Source: Enoplolaimus lenunculus
Taxonomy: Eukaryota
DNA length: 64,000 nucleotides
Reading direction: 5' to 3'
Assembly (NCBI GenBank): GCA_030248215.1
Contig: JASANG010003930.1
Span: forward strand, 434,001 to 498,000
The notes under the pieces were generated by a model. That model saw only the letters and a program-made list of their open reading frames with translations. It had not been told where the DNA came from and did not search any database. Each line of letters starts with the position of its first letter. The first letter of the stretch is position 1. Both the position numbers and the translations under genes were made by a program. Shown here in pieces: positions 12,468-26,066 of this stretch.

Positions 12468-15400
12468 TATTTGTGCGTTTTGTAGAATACTGCGCTATTC
12501 GTCCTACAGCAGCAATCATCACTAATTTCAGGATGGCTGTTGCGTCGGCTATACCAAGTTGACTGTTTTTGTAATTAATCAAAAGGTTATGGGCGTTAAG
12601 AAAACCAGGGGTTAACATTAAAAAATCGGACACTTTTAAAACCCAGCGAAATTATGTAAACTTTAATTATTAAGTGAAACCGATGTTGTTTCCTGCCGCC
12701 TTTAAAAACAATAAAAGTATATATCTTTGCAAGAGTTAATCGATTTTTTGGTTTCTGGTTTGCAGGAAGGCTAGAACTCCAAACCATCCCCAGGCTTAGT
12801 TCTGACACTGCAACGTTTACTGTATTTGCAATGTATGTTTCCTCCACCTCAATTTGCCAAGCGAACCAATGACCATTGAGCACTTTGGATAAATATTGTA
12901 TGCATTAATATATCAAGCCGCCGCAGCTGAAGCCTGACCGCTGCTCGTAAATGTTACGATTTAACTCTGTCGGAAATCAAAGTTAAAAGCCAACATCAAT
13001 CATAAATTTAAAAAATGTTTCACGTTTGGTCTTATATGTTTAAAGTCTGAATCTTCAAAGATCATTCTCTCATCATTTTTCAATCTATTACGCATGTGTT
13101 GGTAAAAACAAAATTTATAGGAATCGACGCTCGCTCAAAGGAAAAGTTTTAGACGTTGTTATTCAATCTCGGAATTACAACCTGGATACCGCACGTGTTC
13201 TGGGGTGAATAGAACGCGCGAATACCTGACGTATAACAAAGGTAGTTTCAGAAACCTGGTTCACTTTGCGTTCGAGCAGATAAAGTTTATTTCTGGTGAT
13301 GGCGTCTTAAAACGGACCTTTTGTGTGGCCTATAGTACGCAAAGCTACTAGTAATGCTGCAACGAATGTCCAAATTGTAGTCGTACTCTTTTCTCATTGG
13401 CTAACGATCTATCTTTATTAGAAAAATTTTCTCAATATTGTCCCCTGTCCTTCAGGGGATAATTAAGATGTGTGGCAAACAAAATATTTCGCGGATACCC
13501 AGAATTGTCAATGCTGATGTAACGGACATTTGCCCTAATATTTCATTTATTACTGCGCGTTTATAGCACAAAACCGTCATATTACTCGGTACCAAATCAT
13601 TTTCAAGCATCAACTGGTGATCCTATTTTGTTCTCTTCGAAAAACAGACGTTCTTCATAAAAAGAAATTGATTAAAATTTAAACGCCAGCGGCAATTTTA
13701 AAGCTGTTAAAAATTTTGCAAAACATGCCCAATATTTATATGTTAAACCTTTCAAAGATATGCTCTAAGTATGACCTGCGGCCTGCGAGAACGTCTCAAA
13801 CAAATAATTGTATGCTAAATTGGTTCATAAAAAGTTAAATTGCAAATTGGCAACCCTTTTTTGTTCAATATAAAACAGCGTAAAATATATTTTCTAAAAC
13901 CTGAAAATCAATTTTAAGACTCTAAAGCAGCAGATGTCAGCTCCACATTACAATCTATCCTGTATCAATAATTTTAGTTTTCAGCAATGGCAAAAAATCG
14001 GAACGAACTTTTACTGGTTTTGCCAAACTCGAACACCTGGCGTTGTAAAAAAACTTGTCCCGAAGAGGTCGTTTTAAACATTGTTGCTTCTTGTTGAAAT
14101 CAATCCTTCAAAGTAACGCGCAATTTAACTGATAAAAGTCAGCAGTTTCTAAACATACTATTTTTTACTCGCACGCAAAACTGTTGACAATGTTTAATAA
14201 TGTTTCCAATTTGTAGTCTAAGCTATTAAAAACAAGATTGCTTACAGAACATTTATTAAAGAAACGAACACTTACCACATACCCAGAACAATACAGCACA
14301 CGTTTGACATTTATCATGGCTCAAAATCGATGGCTAAACCGGGTTTTTTGATAGGGAACATGTTCTTTGTCTTAAAATTTTACAGTTTTCAAAGCGGGTA
14401 AACTAATTTAAATATACTTGACATGTAAAAATAAGACCGAACGCGCAAAATTTTAACTTTATTATTAATTTGCATCCACACTACACTGTACTTTTCAGTC
14501 GCTTGCCTAAAAAATACTGCGTTCTTTTTATGGATGATCCAATTGCATCGGAAATTTTCAGAACAACAGAGTGGGTGCTGGTGAAGCAGTAAGAACTCTG
14601 CATTCAACAAAAATCAGCTATAATCTATGGTATCTATAGGGAACATAAAGAGATTTGTCAATGGAAAGATGTGATACACTGCTCAATCGGCACATCCTTC
14701 GGAATTTTGGATAACGTTGCCTGCGTACAACTAAGGACGAAATCTTTAATTGATGCTCCACATAAAAACTAAGGTATAGATAAATAGATAGATAGTTAGA
14801 TAGATAGACAGAGAGATGTCAGATGTCATATAAAGTGTGCAGACTGTAAATGGCCCATTACACCGTTATCTCTTGTTCAATCACCTACTGTAGTGCAGAC
14901 CAAAAGTTCTTGTTTATATTCCACTAACAAGCGAATAATTTTCCTAATATCAAAACTAAGGTATACTTTCCAAAACATTTGTTTTCAGCTTTTGAAAGAG
15001 CACTGTTCACTATAACTCTGCACAGTGTCATTGGTTAGTCTATGAGCATCAGCATACTGGACAGTTGTTCTCCTTAATATCAACCGTACAAACAAAACCA
15101 GTTAAAATATAATCAATAAAATTACCCCGGAACACCTCTCATATACGTCACGGAGATATTGTCCAGTTGCAGTAAGACTAGTTGCGCTCCACACAAGCCC
15201 CATCATACTGGTCTATGAAGTCAGGCTGGTTACTGATACATGATTGGTCGTATACTTATTCCATACCCCTGAACGCTTCGTACACTTGCGCATTATAAAC
15301 CATCAGAGGAGGAAAAATTATATTTTTACTGGTAGTACATAGCGGAGCCTAGTCTAACTATGTCCTGCGTCCAAACACCAAAAAGGTATAAAACCAGAAA

Positions 15401-16059
15401 AATATAGCCTCGTGCGACATGGGAAACCGCGTGCTAACGTTCATTATAACAAAGTAAAACAAAACAGACAATTTCATAAAATGACCGACCACCGACACAT
15501 CCACCTTGCGGATTGCTAACTTATTTGAATATTAAAATTTAAGCTAAATCGGTACTTCGAAAGCTGGTTGCCCTTGACCTCCAACAACGTAAATTTTCCT
15601 TATCAAAGCAAGTCCCTGCTTTACATATTGAAGATTAATTGCGTTGGCTTACAATTACTTTCTAAGGAAACTTTAAATAATGTCTATAAGAGGTTTTAAC
15701 TTTAAATGTCTGTAAGAGAGCAAAATCATTTCGTGGCGTATACAGAATGCTAACAATAACGATGTAATGCCACATTGTCGAAACTTGAACTATATAAACT
15801 TTATAAGTTGGCTTGCCCTAAACCGGTTATCTGCTGTTATGCTCACTAAACAACCACTGTCGTTTGCTGTAACCAGGAAAGCTATCAAAGAACAATTATA
15901 GCGTCCGAAATTGTATCTACTGTTAAATCGCAGATCATTGGGTATGATCCGTGTACACACTGTAATTCAGGAAAGGTTTGGTTCTTAATATGGTAATCTG
16001 GTTTCGTACTACGAGACAAAGGTGCGTAATATGAAATTGAACAGCTGGTTTTCTTATGG

Positions 16060-16690
16060 GCTGGAACCAAAAATTGGGGCGAAACCAACAATGGGGTAAA
16101 ACCAACCGTTGGATTGATACAAACCGTTGGACGTTGCGGTTGAACCAAACGCTGTGGCGGAACCAACTTCTGACTGAAACCTATCGCTGTGGTGATACCG
16201 ATCGTTATAGGGTGTGAAACCAATCGTTTGGTTGAAACGAACCATTTCGGTGAAACCGATCGCTGCAATGAAATCAACATTTTGCTATGAAACCAATCGT
16301 TGCAGTGAAACCAAAGTTGTCGTGAAACCAATCGTTGAGGTGAAACCAACCGTTGAGTTAAAACCTATCGTTGGAGTGATACAAACAATCGGTCGGGGTG
16401 TAGCCAACCGGTTGAGTGATACCAACTGTTGGTGTGAAACCAATCGTTGGAGTGAAACCAATCTTTGGGGTTAGGCCAAGTTTTGAGGTGAAAATAGATA
16501 TTGGGTACAAGCGACCGTTAATAGTGTAACAAACTGTTCGTGTGAAACCAACCGTTTTGTTGAAACCAACCGGTGGCGTGAAACCAATCGTAGGTGTGAA
16601 GCTAACCGTTATAGAGTGAAACCAACCGTTACAGGGTGAAAACAACAGTTATAGGGTAAAACAAACCGTGTTGATGTGAAAACAAGCGTT
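16060..16690. repeat. Degenerate minisatellite, ~20-21-bp unit (core GTGAAACCAA(C/T)CGTT), roughly 30 units
   Basis: Visible periodic AAACCAA(C/T)CGTT motif; explains the repetitive spurious ORFs on both strands. Confidence 0.85.
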
Positions 16691-18149
16691 ACAGTTATTA
16701 CAGAATATCCAAACCTTGTGTTTGGAATTTAGCGAATGCGTAGCAATAACATAGCTGTACATTTGGTATCTATGAAATATCAGGACATAATACAGGGAAT
16801 TAAAACGGAATTTAAAAAATGCTTAAAATTATTTTATAAAGAAAAACTTGCACAAAATTTATATTTAAGTTCATTTAATAATCGCATTAAAGCAGTGAAC
16901 TAAAATGAGAAATTTCATGCTGAATTATAACTCCAGAAAAGCACACTTGTTTGGCAGATTTTTTGGCATGCAGATATTGCCAAGTGATATAAGAAATAAG
17001 CTTAGCTTAAAATAAGCAATGAAAAAATAGTACTGAACTCTATGTATATTGGAAAGAAATTTGACAGACTGGTACGCACTAAAACGAAAAGTAAACAATA
17101 AATATACATGCAGGTAAATCAAACGCTAAATATTAATTGCAAAGCATCAAATCTCAGCATATGAGAGAAGAGAATTTTGACAAAATTAAAACATTTACCT
17201 AACAACAATTCCTGGATCTGTTACAGGGTCTGTAGCCAGAGGGAAGCTGGAGGGTGTTCGGCCCCCTCATGGACGAATTTTGAGCAGAGAATCAAAATTT
17301 TCAACCATGCTTGTAAAGTCATCGAACACCCATGTATGCCCCTCCGAAAATTTTTAGCCCCATAGCAGAATGAGCTGGCTACGGGCGGGCCTGCGTGTCG
17401 CTGCTAACGTATCGGACTAGAACCACCTCTAATTGCTCGGTATGTGATATAGTTCTTTTATAATCTAAAATGTAAACTGCATATTTGATGCTAAACTTTG
17501 TAATAAGTTTAACGTGTAACTGAAACCTTTATTCGAAATAGTTGTGTTATAAATTTGCAATTATCAGACGTTAATATTGAAAGCATAAGTATTCAATATT
17601 TAAGTTTCGTTGAAAATCTTCAAATCCAGACATCTGGCAAGTGTGAACTGTGAATATGTTAATAGCCAATTGCGGAAAAAACCAGCATTTATTCGAGGAT
17701 CTCCACGACAACTATAGTGCCACTGTAAGATTGATTCGTTGAGCAAACATATTGTAAACGGTTTTTAAATACAATTAGCCTCGAGTGATTTAGTGGTTGG
17801 TAAATTTTGTGATTATTAAATAGAGTATGCTTCAAATCGCTGTGAAACCGAAAACAAGCTAGTTCCGTAATTAAACGCGCAGATCAGAGCATGTCGACAG
17901 TCGAGGGAAAATGGCAGGCCCCTAGCTATCTCATCTTGCTATAGGGGGTAAAAAATGTTAGTAGGGGCATAGATTTTTGAAACTAAAAGATTTAACAATG
18001 CCTTACAGATAGATATTTGTTAAAATTAGCAAACTAGTGTCAGATGTCTGGAAAATGATATCTGCCGGCTAGTGGCCAAAACCTTCTTGATTTACTTTGG
18101 CAAAAATCTGCTAGCAGAATATGTAGTTTTATTGTTACATGAACTCAAT

Positions 18150-18468
18150 CAGAATTTTTAGCTTGTAATCCTAACAATTAGTGAAGCAATGCAAAAAGCT
18201 CTAATTTAGGCTTAACTAATTATGCAAATTAGCTTGCTGTCAATGAACACCTTAGAATTTTATAATCGAATACGAAGTTAATACTCGGTATATATAATAA
18301 GCTTTCAAATAAAATAGTTTATTAAAATCGGTTCGGCGGAATCTGAGGTTCACATCGGGCTTCCAGACGGATAAAGCAGACATCCAACTTCCGAACCCCG
18401 AACAAAAACATAAAACGCTTGGCGAGAGTTACTTTGAGCTTCGCTCAGGCTCTCACTTCGCTTAATAA
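18150..18468 (-). mobile_element. Decayed DINE-1/Helentron-like element
   Basis: Shares TAATTTAGGCTTAA..TATGCAAATTAGC, AAAATCGGTTC and the AAAACATAAAACGCTT..GAGCTTCGCTC terminus with the 61918-63078 copy. Confidence 0.65.
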
Positions 18469-18802
18469 TCTATTCTTCATTGCAACCATTATTCTTCTTA
18501 TTATTATGTCTAAATAAAGAAAAGGCGTTGTTTGCCATGCAGATGTAATTACTCCTGCCATCTTGTGATTAATTCTCTAGTTGTTGCGTTTATAAGTAGG
18601 TAACAACGTTCACTAATTCGTGCATAATCGACGTAAGGGATAGCAAACTGGTTATTTTTCTATAGCAATCGCATATAATTAGCGCGATAAAATTAAACTA
18701 TTCGTCCTACGCATAAATATTTTATCGAAAAATTATCGAATGCTGCTGCTATGTTTTACAAATATAAACAGATTTATCAGCCATGTCAAGTAATGTGTCT
18801 TC

Positions 18803-19001
18803 AGCCCATGTTACTTTTAGGGGCGTGCAGGTTTCTTGTGGTGTTGGTCTGTTAAAGAGTAGAGTTAGATACTAAATTGCAACTTTTCGCTTAGACTTAG
18901 GCTTAGGCTTAGGAACACACTATTGTAACGCTTAGGCTTATCATACTTAAGCTTAGGAATACGCTTAATCTACAGTTACGCCCTTAAAAGTGACATTGGT
19001 T
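18803..19001. mobile_element. Merlin-like MITE (family B) with TTAGGC repeats
   Basis: TIR (A)GCCCATGTTACTTTTAGGGGCGT / ACGCCCTTAAAAGTGACATTGG; 8-bp TSD GTGTCTTC (18795-18802 and 19002-19009). Confidence 0.8.
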
Positions 19002-20050
19002 GTGTCTTCAATGGAGGATGGGATCCAGTTATGACCTCATGAGAATAAACTTGTTTAGTTATAATTCTTTGCTGCATACTCGTCATTTAAAAGCAACGCG
19101 CTTTTCGAGCAACATTGCGTGTTTTACCTTGGTGATCAATTTTTAAACAATTAGGAAAACGAATTTGAAATATTTTGCAGAAATAATTCCTTTGAATTTT
19201 GCCGCTGACTGTGATTTGCTCGTACCTCGACTCTCCAGTTGATTCTAAAATCGTTCAACGAATATTAGGTATTAGTTTAATTTTCTACACAATCAGTTCC
19301 ATTCACAAATCATTGGAAAAATAATATATGTTTAGGCTTAGGCTTTTACTCTACTGTTAATCTTGGATTTTTATAAGTTAAGCACTTAGAAAATAATAAA
19401 CAATAATATGCTGGAAACTTGTGCATTCCATCAAATTAACACTAGTGTTCATGTATGGCGTAAAACATGTAAGTACCGAATATTTATTCCTATCTTCGAT
19501 TTTCACTGTGACATGTTCCGCACATAATATTGTTGAAATAAATATATGACAACCCAGCCAAATATACGTACTAAGAGATATAGAGAGTGTGAGAAAGAGA
19601 AACGTTGGTTATTTCTAATTTTAGGACACGCTTGAATAAAGATTTACTTCTTGTGATTAATAATTTTGAAAGGTTCGACCTTTTGAAGCATGCACTGATG
19701 ATAATATTAGGTTTTTAAATTTGAATATTTAGGGACAGTTGTCACAAGCTAAGGTGTTTACAGTTTATGAATGTAATTTTTAAATTAAAACTAGAACGCC
19801 TTACATACGCATTTTGGGCACTGTTCCACATGATTTTATATATAAATACGTATGCAGCTTGATGTTAAGTTTTCGAGACTATGGCTGGAGTCTGTCTCTT
19901 TCAAAAGTATTTCGTTTCCGGAGTACCTATTTCAGAATGCTGGATATTGTATGGCATATTTTCAGCTTTCATCATAGCTATCTTGATTTAAAATTAAAAT
20001 TAAAAAAAACTTCCACTTCCACAGTATTAAGTACAATAAAGTGGCAACTA

Positions 20051-20285
20051 CTGTATTGACCCGAATAAGAGGGGGGACTGATGTTTATTTGGACTCTCCA
20101 GAAGGTACCCCCCTTGTTATTCGGTTACGGACTGTTATTTCTTTATAACCCACGCTCCACCGCCCTTCGTTCCTGATATATATCCGGTACTGCAATTATC
20201 CGTTGAATTAAACATTTATTTCTCTTGTGTCAATTGCTTGAGCGATAATACAAGGTAATAATTATGAATGTACTTTCAAAATTTA
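20051..20285. mobile_element. Truncated Tc2/pogo-like MITE, family A
   Basis: One TIR (TA|CTGTATTGACCCGAATAAGAGG) and about half of the body. Confidence 0.8.
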
Positions 20286-20831
20286 TGGAGCTGCTTGTTA
20301 GAGTTTTAAGTGAATTTCCACAGGTTTAGTTAAATCATTGTTCCATAACAAGATTTTTAGTGGTGTGGCGACAATCCTGCTTTATGTAGGTTGACACCGG
20401 TTGTAAGTATTGCAACCAACTTGACTAGTTGTCTGGGCTTAAAAGGATAGTAAAAATTGTAAAATAACGAATACTGAAACGGATAGTGATCAAAATAAAG
20501 GAAACAGAAAACGAATATTAAAGTATTAAAGTCACAAAGATATTTTTTCTCCCAACACTATTGAGGCGTGCAATTATTCATCGGGATTTTTGAACTTTGA
20601 AAGAAAAAATGAGGATGAATTTCGTAATTCTTATTTCGCAGGACCAGAGCAGTCACCGCCCATACCCTCCATTTTGAGGTCCCAACCCTAAAGGGATCCC
20701 CACAATAACCGGATGAAATAGAAACCGAAGAAGTTTTGAAATACATCTGGCTTCTCGCTCGCGGGTTCGACACTATCCTACTTTTCAGCGTAGGCCTAAT
20801 AATAAATAACAAACAGTACAATTTAATTTAA

Positions 20832-21005
20832 CCCTTTCTCACATGAATATTTTCTATTTTCCCTGAGACCTACTTTTATGCTAGGATTCGAACTCCAGTG
20901 ACTGGAGTGGGAGGCGTATACATTGCTAAACACGGTGCGATATATATTATTTAACGTATATACACTGCGCTGAGTTGCCTATTGGCAACTCAATGTGAGA
21001 AGGGG
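20832..21005. mobile_element. piggyBac-like MITE, 174 bp
   Basis: TTAA|CCCTTTCTCACAT ... ATGTGAGAAGGGG|TTAA: TTAA TSD and CCC/GGG termini. Confidence 0.8.
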
Positions 21006-22139
21006 TTAAGATAACATAACTCACATGAAACGGAATAATAAAGGAAGTAATAAAAGAAATTTTTGAGTGAGATGTGCCGTGTGCTATCTCCCCTGGTTGG
21101 AGAATATGAAGATTGTAAAAGATTTTACCTAAACTACGAGCTGGTTAGTTTCAATGTAAAAAAATTCTCACTGAGCGCTAAATTGGAGTCATTTTAAAGA
21201 TGGCTTCTCTTTCTAGAACCGTCATTTTGTAACATTTGTGTTAAACAGTTTTTGAAAGAGAGACCCAACAGACACGAGAGTGTGCTCGAACAATCTTAGA
21301 TCAAACATCGATAAATTCTGTATCCACATCTACGCTGGGCGCCCCGACCCTGGAGTTAGGGGCCCTTCTCTGGAGTTGGGGTCTCCACCTCTTTCTACTT
21401 CGTCGCAGCATATCTGTAATGAAAAATTGCGAGATATATGCGTGATTTAAAACTAATTTTGGGCGCAAAAAAATAACGGAATTTTCGTAATTTCTATAAC
21501 GGAAGCGGAAATGAAAACGGGCGCCGATTTTTACCGGAAACGGATATCCGGTTAAAGTTAAAATGTTCACAGTACTCAGTCCCTTCGCAAGTTTTTTCCT
21601 TGGTATGAGTGAATCTGTTGCTTCAAAGAGTTTACTCTGTTGTTCTTAAATTTCAATTGCAGAGTTGCTTTATAATCAAATATGTAAATTTTATGACCGG
21701 TGAACGAAACGGAATCTAACGAATGGAATACCAAGGCACGTGCAACAAATTAACACATGAAAACTCCAATTTTTCCTATATCATATAAGCGTAGTTAGTG
21801 CTATGCTTTGGCAGGCAGTGTCAATTGTGTATAGATATAGTTTATGTTAAAACAAAACCAAAAAATGTCAATGTTTCGAGCATGGATGCAACGTTTTCTT
21901 TTCTGGTTTGGCAATACTTTTGAACCACCTTCGCTAAAAACACGTTATATAAGCGAACTGGCAACTGTAATCTCTGCAGATACCGTAACATTTTTGAATA
22001 TTTTAATGCATTGAGTGCAATATGAAGAGAGTTTATGTCGCTATTTTTTGCATTTACTGGAGTATTTGAAATATATGTGATTATGACTTCCGCTCCAGTA
22101 TACAATGCCTATAGCCTATATAGACCCTTATTCTGCATA

Positions 22140-22582
22140 CTGTAGTGACCCGAACAAGAGGGGGGACTGATATTTATTTGGCCTCTTCAGAGGGTACCAA
22201 CCTTGTTATTCGGTTACGGACTGTTATTTATTCTTAACCCGCTCTTCGCCGTCCTTCGTTACTGATATATATTCGGTATGCAAGTATCCGTGAAGTAAAC
22301 GTTTTTTGCCTTGCATCAAAAACTTGAGCGATAATGCAGGGTTATACTTTGTAATGTTATTTTCAAAAGATAAGTACGCTTTTTTCGAACTGAACTTTAT
22401 TTGGTCCTGGAGTCATTTATGTGCCACAATTAGAGATAATTGTCATTTATGGACTCTAATTAGGGTTTAGGTACTCTATCCGCTTACGGACTCTTATTAG
22501 GAATACGGACTCGTATTGATTCGGGACTCAAAATGGGGACATTCTCTTATTACCCCTCCCCCTCTTATTCGGTTCAATACAG
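22140..22582. mobile_element. Tc2/pogo-like MITE, family A
   Basis: Both TIRs and TA flanks present; ~440 bp. Confidence 0.9.
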
Positions 22583-25500
22583 TACCCGCAATCCTACAAT
22601 AATGTTAATATCATAGCACAATAATGTAGTATATATCTCTTTATTGAATTGCCAAAAACTTACCAGAGTTAAAAATTTACTTTATCACCTCACTAGTTTT
22701 TGATACAGATCTATTTTTACCTATAACTAAGCACAAACAGTAATAGTCGAAATAGAAACGAACGCATTCGCTACGAGGTCTATAAAGTTCATGCTGTATA
22801 ATATAACTTTCAACCAAAACTATATATGATGTTCTGTCTTGTGTGCCGTTAAGCATGTGCAATGGGGTGCAGCGGCACCGTTTTGGTTTTAATTCTTTAC
22901 TATAGACAAGTCTTTAGAGTAAGAAATTAAAGAATTTACAGAGCTGCAACAGTTTATTTAAAGTTTTCCACACTGGACAGCGTGCAGCTTCACTCATCAA
23001 CCCAATCATTCGTCGATGATTGCTTGTCTTGTGATACAAAACATGTTTTCTGCGCATTGCAACATTTTTTTCAAGTCAAGCAACACGGCTAATAATCTTG
23101 GTATTCCAAGAAATTACAACCTGTTTGGCAACGAAGTTTTATAAAATCTGAATACTAATTTGACCGTGTACGTGATAGCAATTACTATTTACAGTAATAA
23201 TTCGTTGAGGTGTAGCAAGAATTCTACAATTTAATAATTTGAAGTTTTAGCTGAAACTATAAGTAACGTTACAAACATATGCATAGAATTTTATTGAATT
23301 TTGCAGTTGGCATAGTTTAACCTAGCATAGTTTGACTTCTGTTCGCGGCGTGTTTTGTAACTCACTTAACTAGAAATGGTAATCAGTATTGCAGCAGATG
23401 TATTCACCCGCTGTTTCCGTCACAGCATAACTTAAGCAATCAGCGAAAGTTGTTTTTCAAATTAATCACATTTCAGTAAAACGAAGACCAATTTTTACAA
23501 TTTGGTTTAATTTCTAAAAGTTTTTTGGGTCATTTGCCCAGCTGAATTCATTACTACAGACGCCACATTCATGCAGCCGACAGATTTTTGCATACAATAA
23601 ATAAAAACTGTCCCGGTGTAGCATATAATTTAAGTACCCAGGAAAATTAACTCGTCAGTCAATTTTATGATAATGACAGAGGAGTTAATTTTCAGGGAAG
23701 TTAATAATATATGCAGCACATGTAACATAAAAATGTTTTGTTTTACTGTGTTAAAAACTTGTTTGTAATGCGATAAATTTTCGTGAGTTTTGCGTTATGT
23801 TTTTCAGTTGGCTGCCGCCCCCTGTATCACCTGCGATTTGAAGGGCTACTAAGCAGAATGTGCGGCTGCCGCTCCCGAAGACCTCTGCACTACGCGTTTT
23901 GTTGAAAGAGCGCAAAATACTGAGTTTTGAATTTTTTTGACGGGTAAATAGGAGAAGCAATTAGTGCGGGTGGCTTGGGGCAGCGGAGCCACATTTTGCT
24001 TTTATCCTTTCGAAAACGAAATTGTTGCAGCATGCGGGAAAACTTTTCCACTATGGGGCAAAACTACAAAAGTGCATGCAATTCTATAAGCCTTTCGCTT
24101 TTATTCTGTTTTACTTGTTTGCAAACGTCCGATTTGGCAATTTTATCACGTAGTGTGAAAAAATTGACAATTTGACAATAGGTACACTATGAAAATTTTC
24201 GACAAATAAGTCATTTGTCAGTTTTAGCTTAGTAGTTTAGGAATGGTGTCACAAATAACACCGAATTTTACAGTAAAAACAATTCTAAATACCGTGTTTA
24301 TTTCTAAATATTTCAAACCGTAATTCAACTCATAATTTAGAAATCATACTTAACTAATTCAATAGGGAGGCTCTGTTTACAGACAAGTTATACCGATTAT
24401 GCTTGTAAGCACAGAGAGTGCGTCACCATTTTTACCGCTAACAGCGTCAGATACCCAGAGTTATTGTGAAACAAAATAAAAAACAGTTTGCGAGTTTGAA
24501 ACCTGAATAATAATTCTTATTTGGTTTATAGCCTGAAGGCCGAAGGTGTAACCGAAGGATAAAATTTCGGTTCAGGAGGCCAATACACTTGCCGGAGCAG
24601 GTTGCAGATCTCCGGTTGTACGCTGCTTGACGTTACGTTTAATCGGTCAATCTAAAACTAAGTACTGAACAGAACTGCGTAAAACAACATCAAATCAAGG
24701 TATTTAGTTTATGCTGCAGTTTACAGTAATACACTTTGCTCATGAAAGTCAGCTCATGTGCAGAGTAGCAATTACTTATGACGTTTCTTGGTAGACAAAC
24801 TGTTCGTTCAGTAAATAGAAATAAATTTTGCTTTTATTTTTCGTGTTGCCCTTTATATTTTAGTATTTTATCAACTTCCTACATTAGCTTTTCACACTAA
24901 TCGTAAATTAAATATGCTTTAACGATCAAAGATTTGAAACCAACAAATCACTACTTCTTTCCACGATATCCATATTCATCTCCAAAATTTGTATCCTGGT
25001 CATACATTACATATCTAACAACATTGCCAGGTCTTCCTGAAATCGAATAAAAAATTCTTCAGCGATTTGAATTAAACCTGTTTAAATTATTTTCGTTAAT
25101 CTTACAAATTATCCAACTCAAAGCACGGTGACATGTACTCACCGCGCTATCCAAGTAATAAACTATTTGATTTTGTCAGATAAGTGTAAGGTTGTGATTT
25201 TCATCTATAGCAATATCGGAAACTCGAAAACTGCATCGCTCGATCTGACTTTAATTACATAGCTAATGTGCAAATTTAGAAACAAAGTGGAAAAAGTTAA
25301 ACAACAGTTATCAACCTAGCTGTTATCTAAGGCATGGCGATATACACGTCCGAAATGTCTGAAAAGTGTCAAAAAACACTACTTTAACAGGCTGTAATAT
25401 GATCTGCATACGAACAAAATTTCTCGCTCGATACACTCGCTCGCGAACCGTTTGATGTGGCTACCACCTCCCGAAATAAAATTCTTGCTACGCCTTCTTG

Positions 25501-26066
25501 TTATCTCAAGACAATTTAAGTATCGCAAAATCTAAGGTCATCATTGAAACACATACTCATATTAGGCCAAAATTCATATGAACTTCTTGATTAATAACTG
25601 TTTGTTACCATATTCGGTAACATAACGAAACGAAGCTCATTAGCGTATAAAATTGACGATAATTTACCTACACAGCGATTTACCTCTGCGCGCACGATAG
25701 CCATAATCATCTCCATCTCCGCTGATCATATGATACATTACAGGTTCTTCGAATGCTCGTGTGTATACTTCTGAAATAGCTTAAAAAAATTTTTAAACAT
25801 ATAGTTTTATTGGACGCTAGCAACCGGTATTAAGAGGTCATATAATTAAATCAAAGATTTTTCGGCTGTCAGAACGCGTGATGTATAGTGCGGGCGTTAC
25901 GTTACAGTTATCGCTCTTAATCGTCGCACTAAAAGCATTTTAAATGTCAGACCTGTAAGTTAGTAGAAAACGCTCCTCCCAACACAAATTGAGGTGTTAC
26001 TGGAGTTGGATGACAGCAAATGTTACCGGAATTGTATATATAAATATATATAAAATACATAATATA

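Noticed and set aside
15885..16645. Several repetitive ORFs, or a possible CRISPR-like array
   Set aside because: Continuous degenerate ~20-bp tandem units with no unique spacers, no cas genes and a eukaryotic context.
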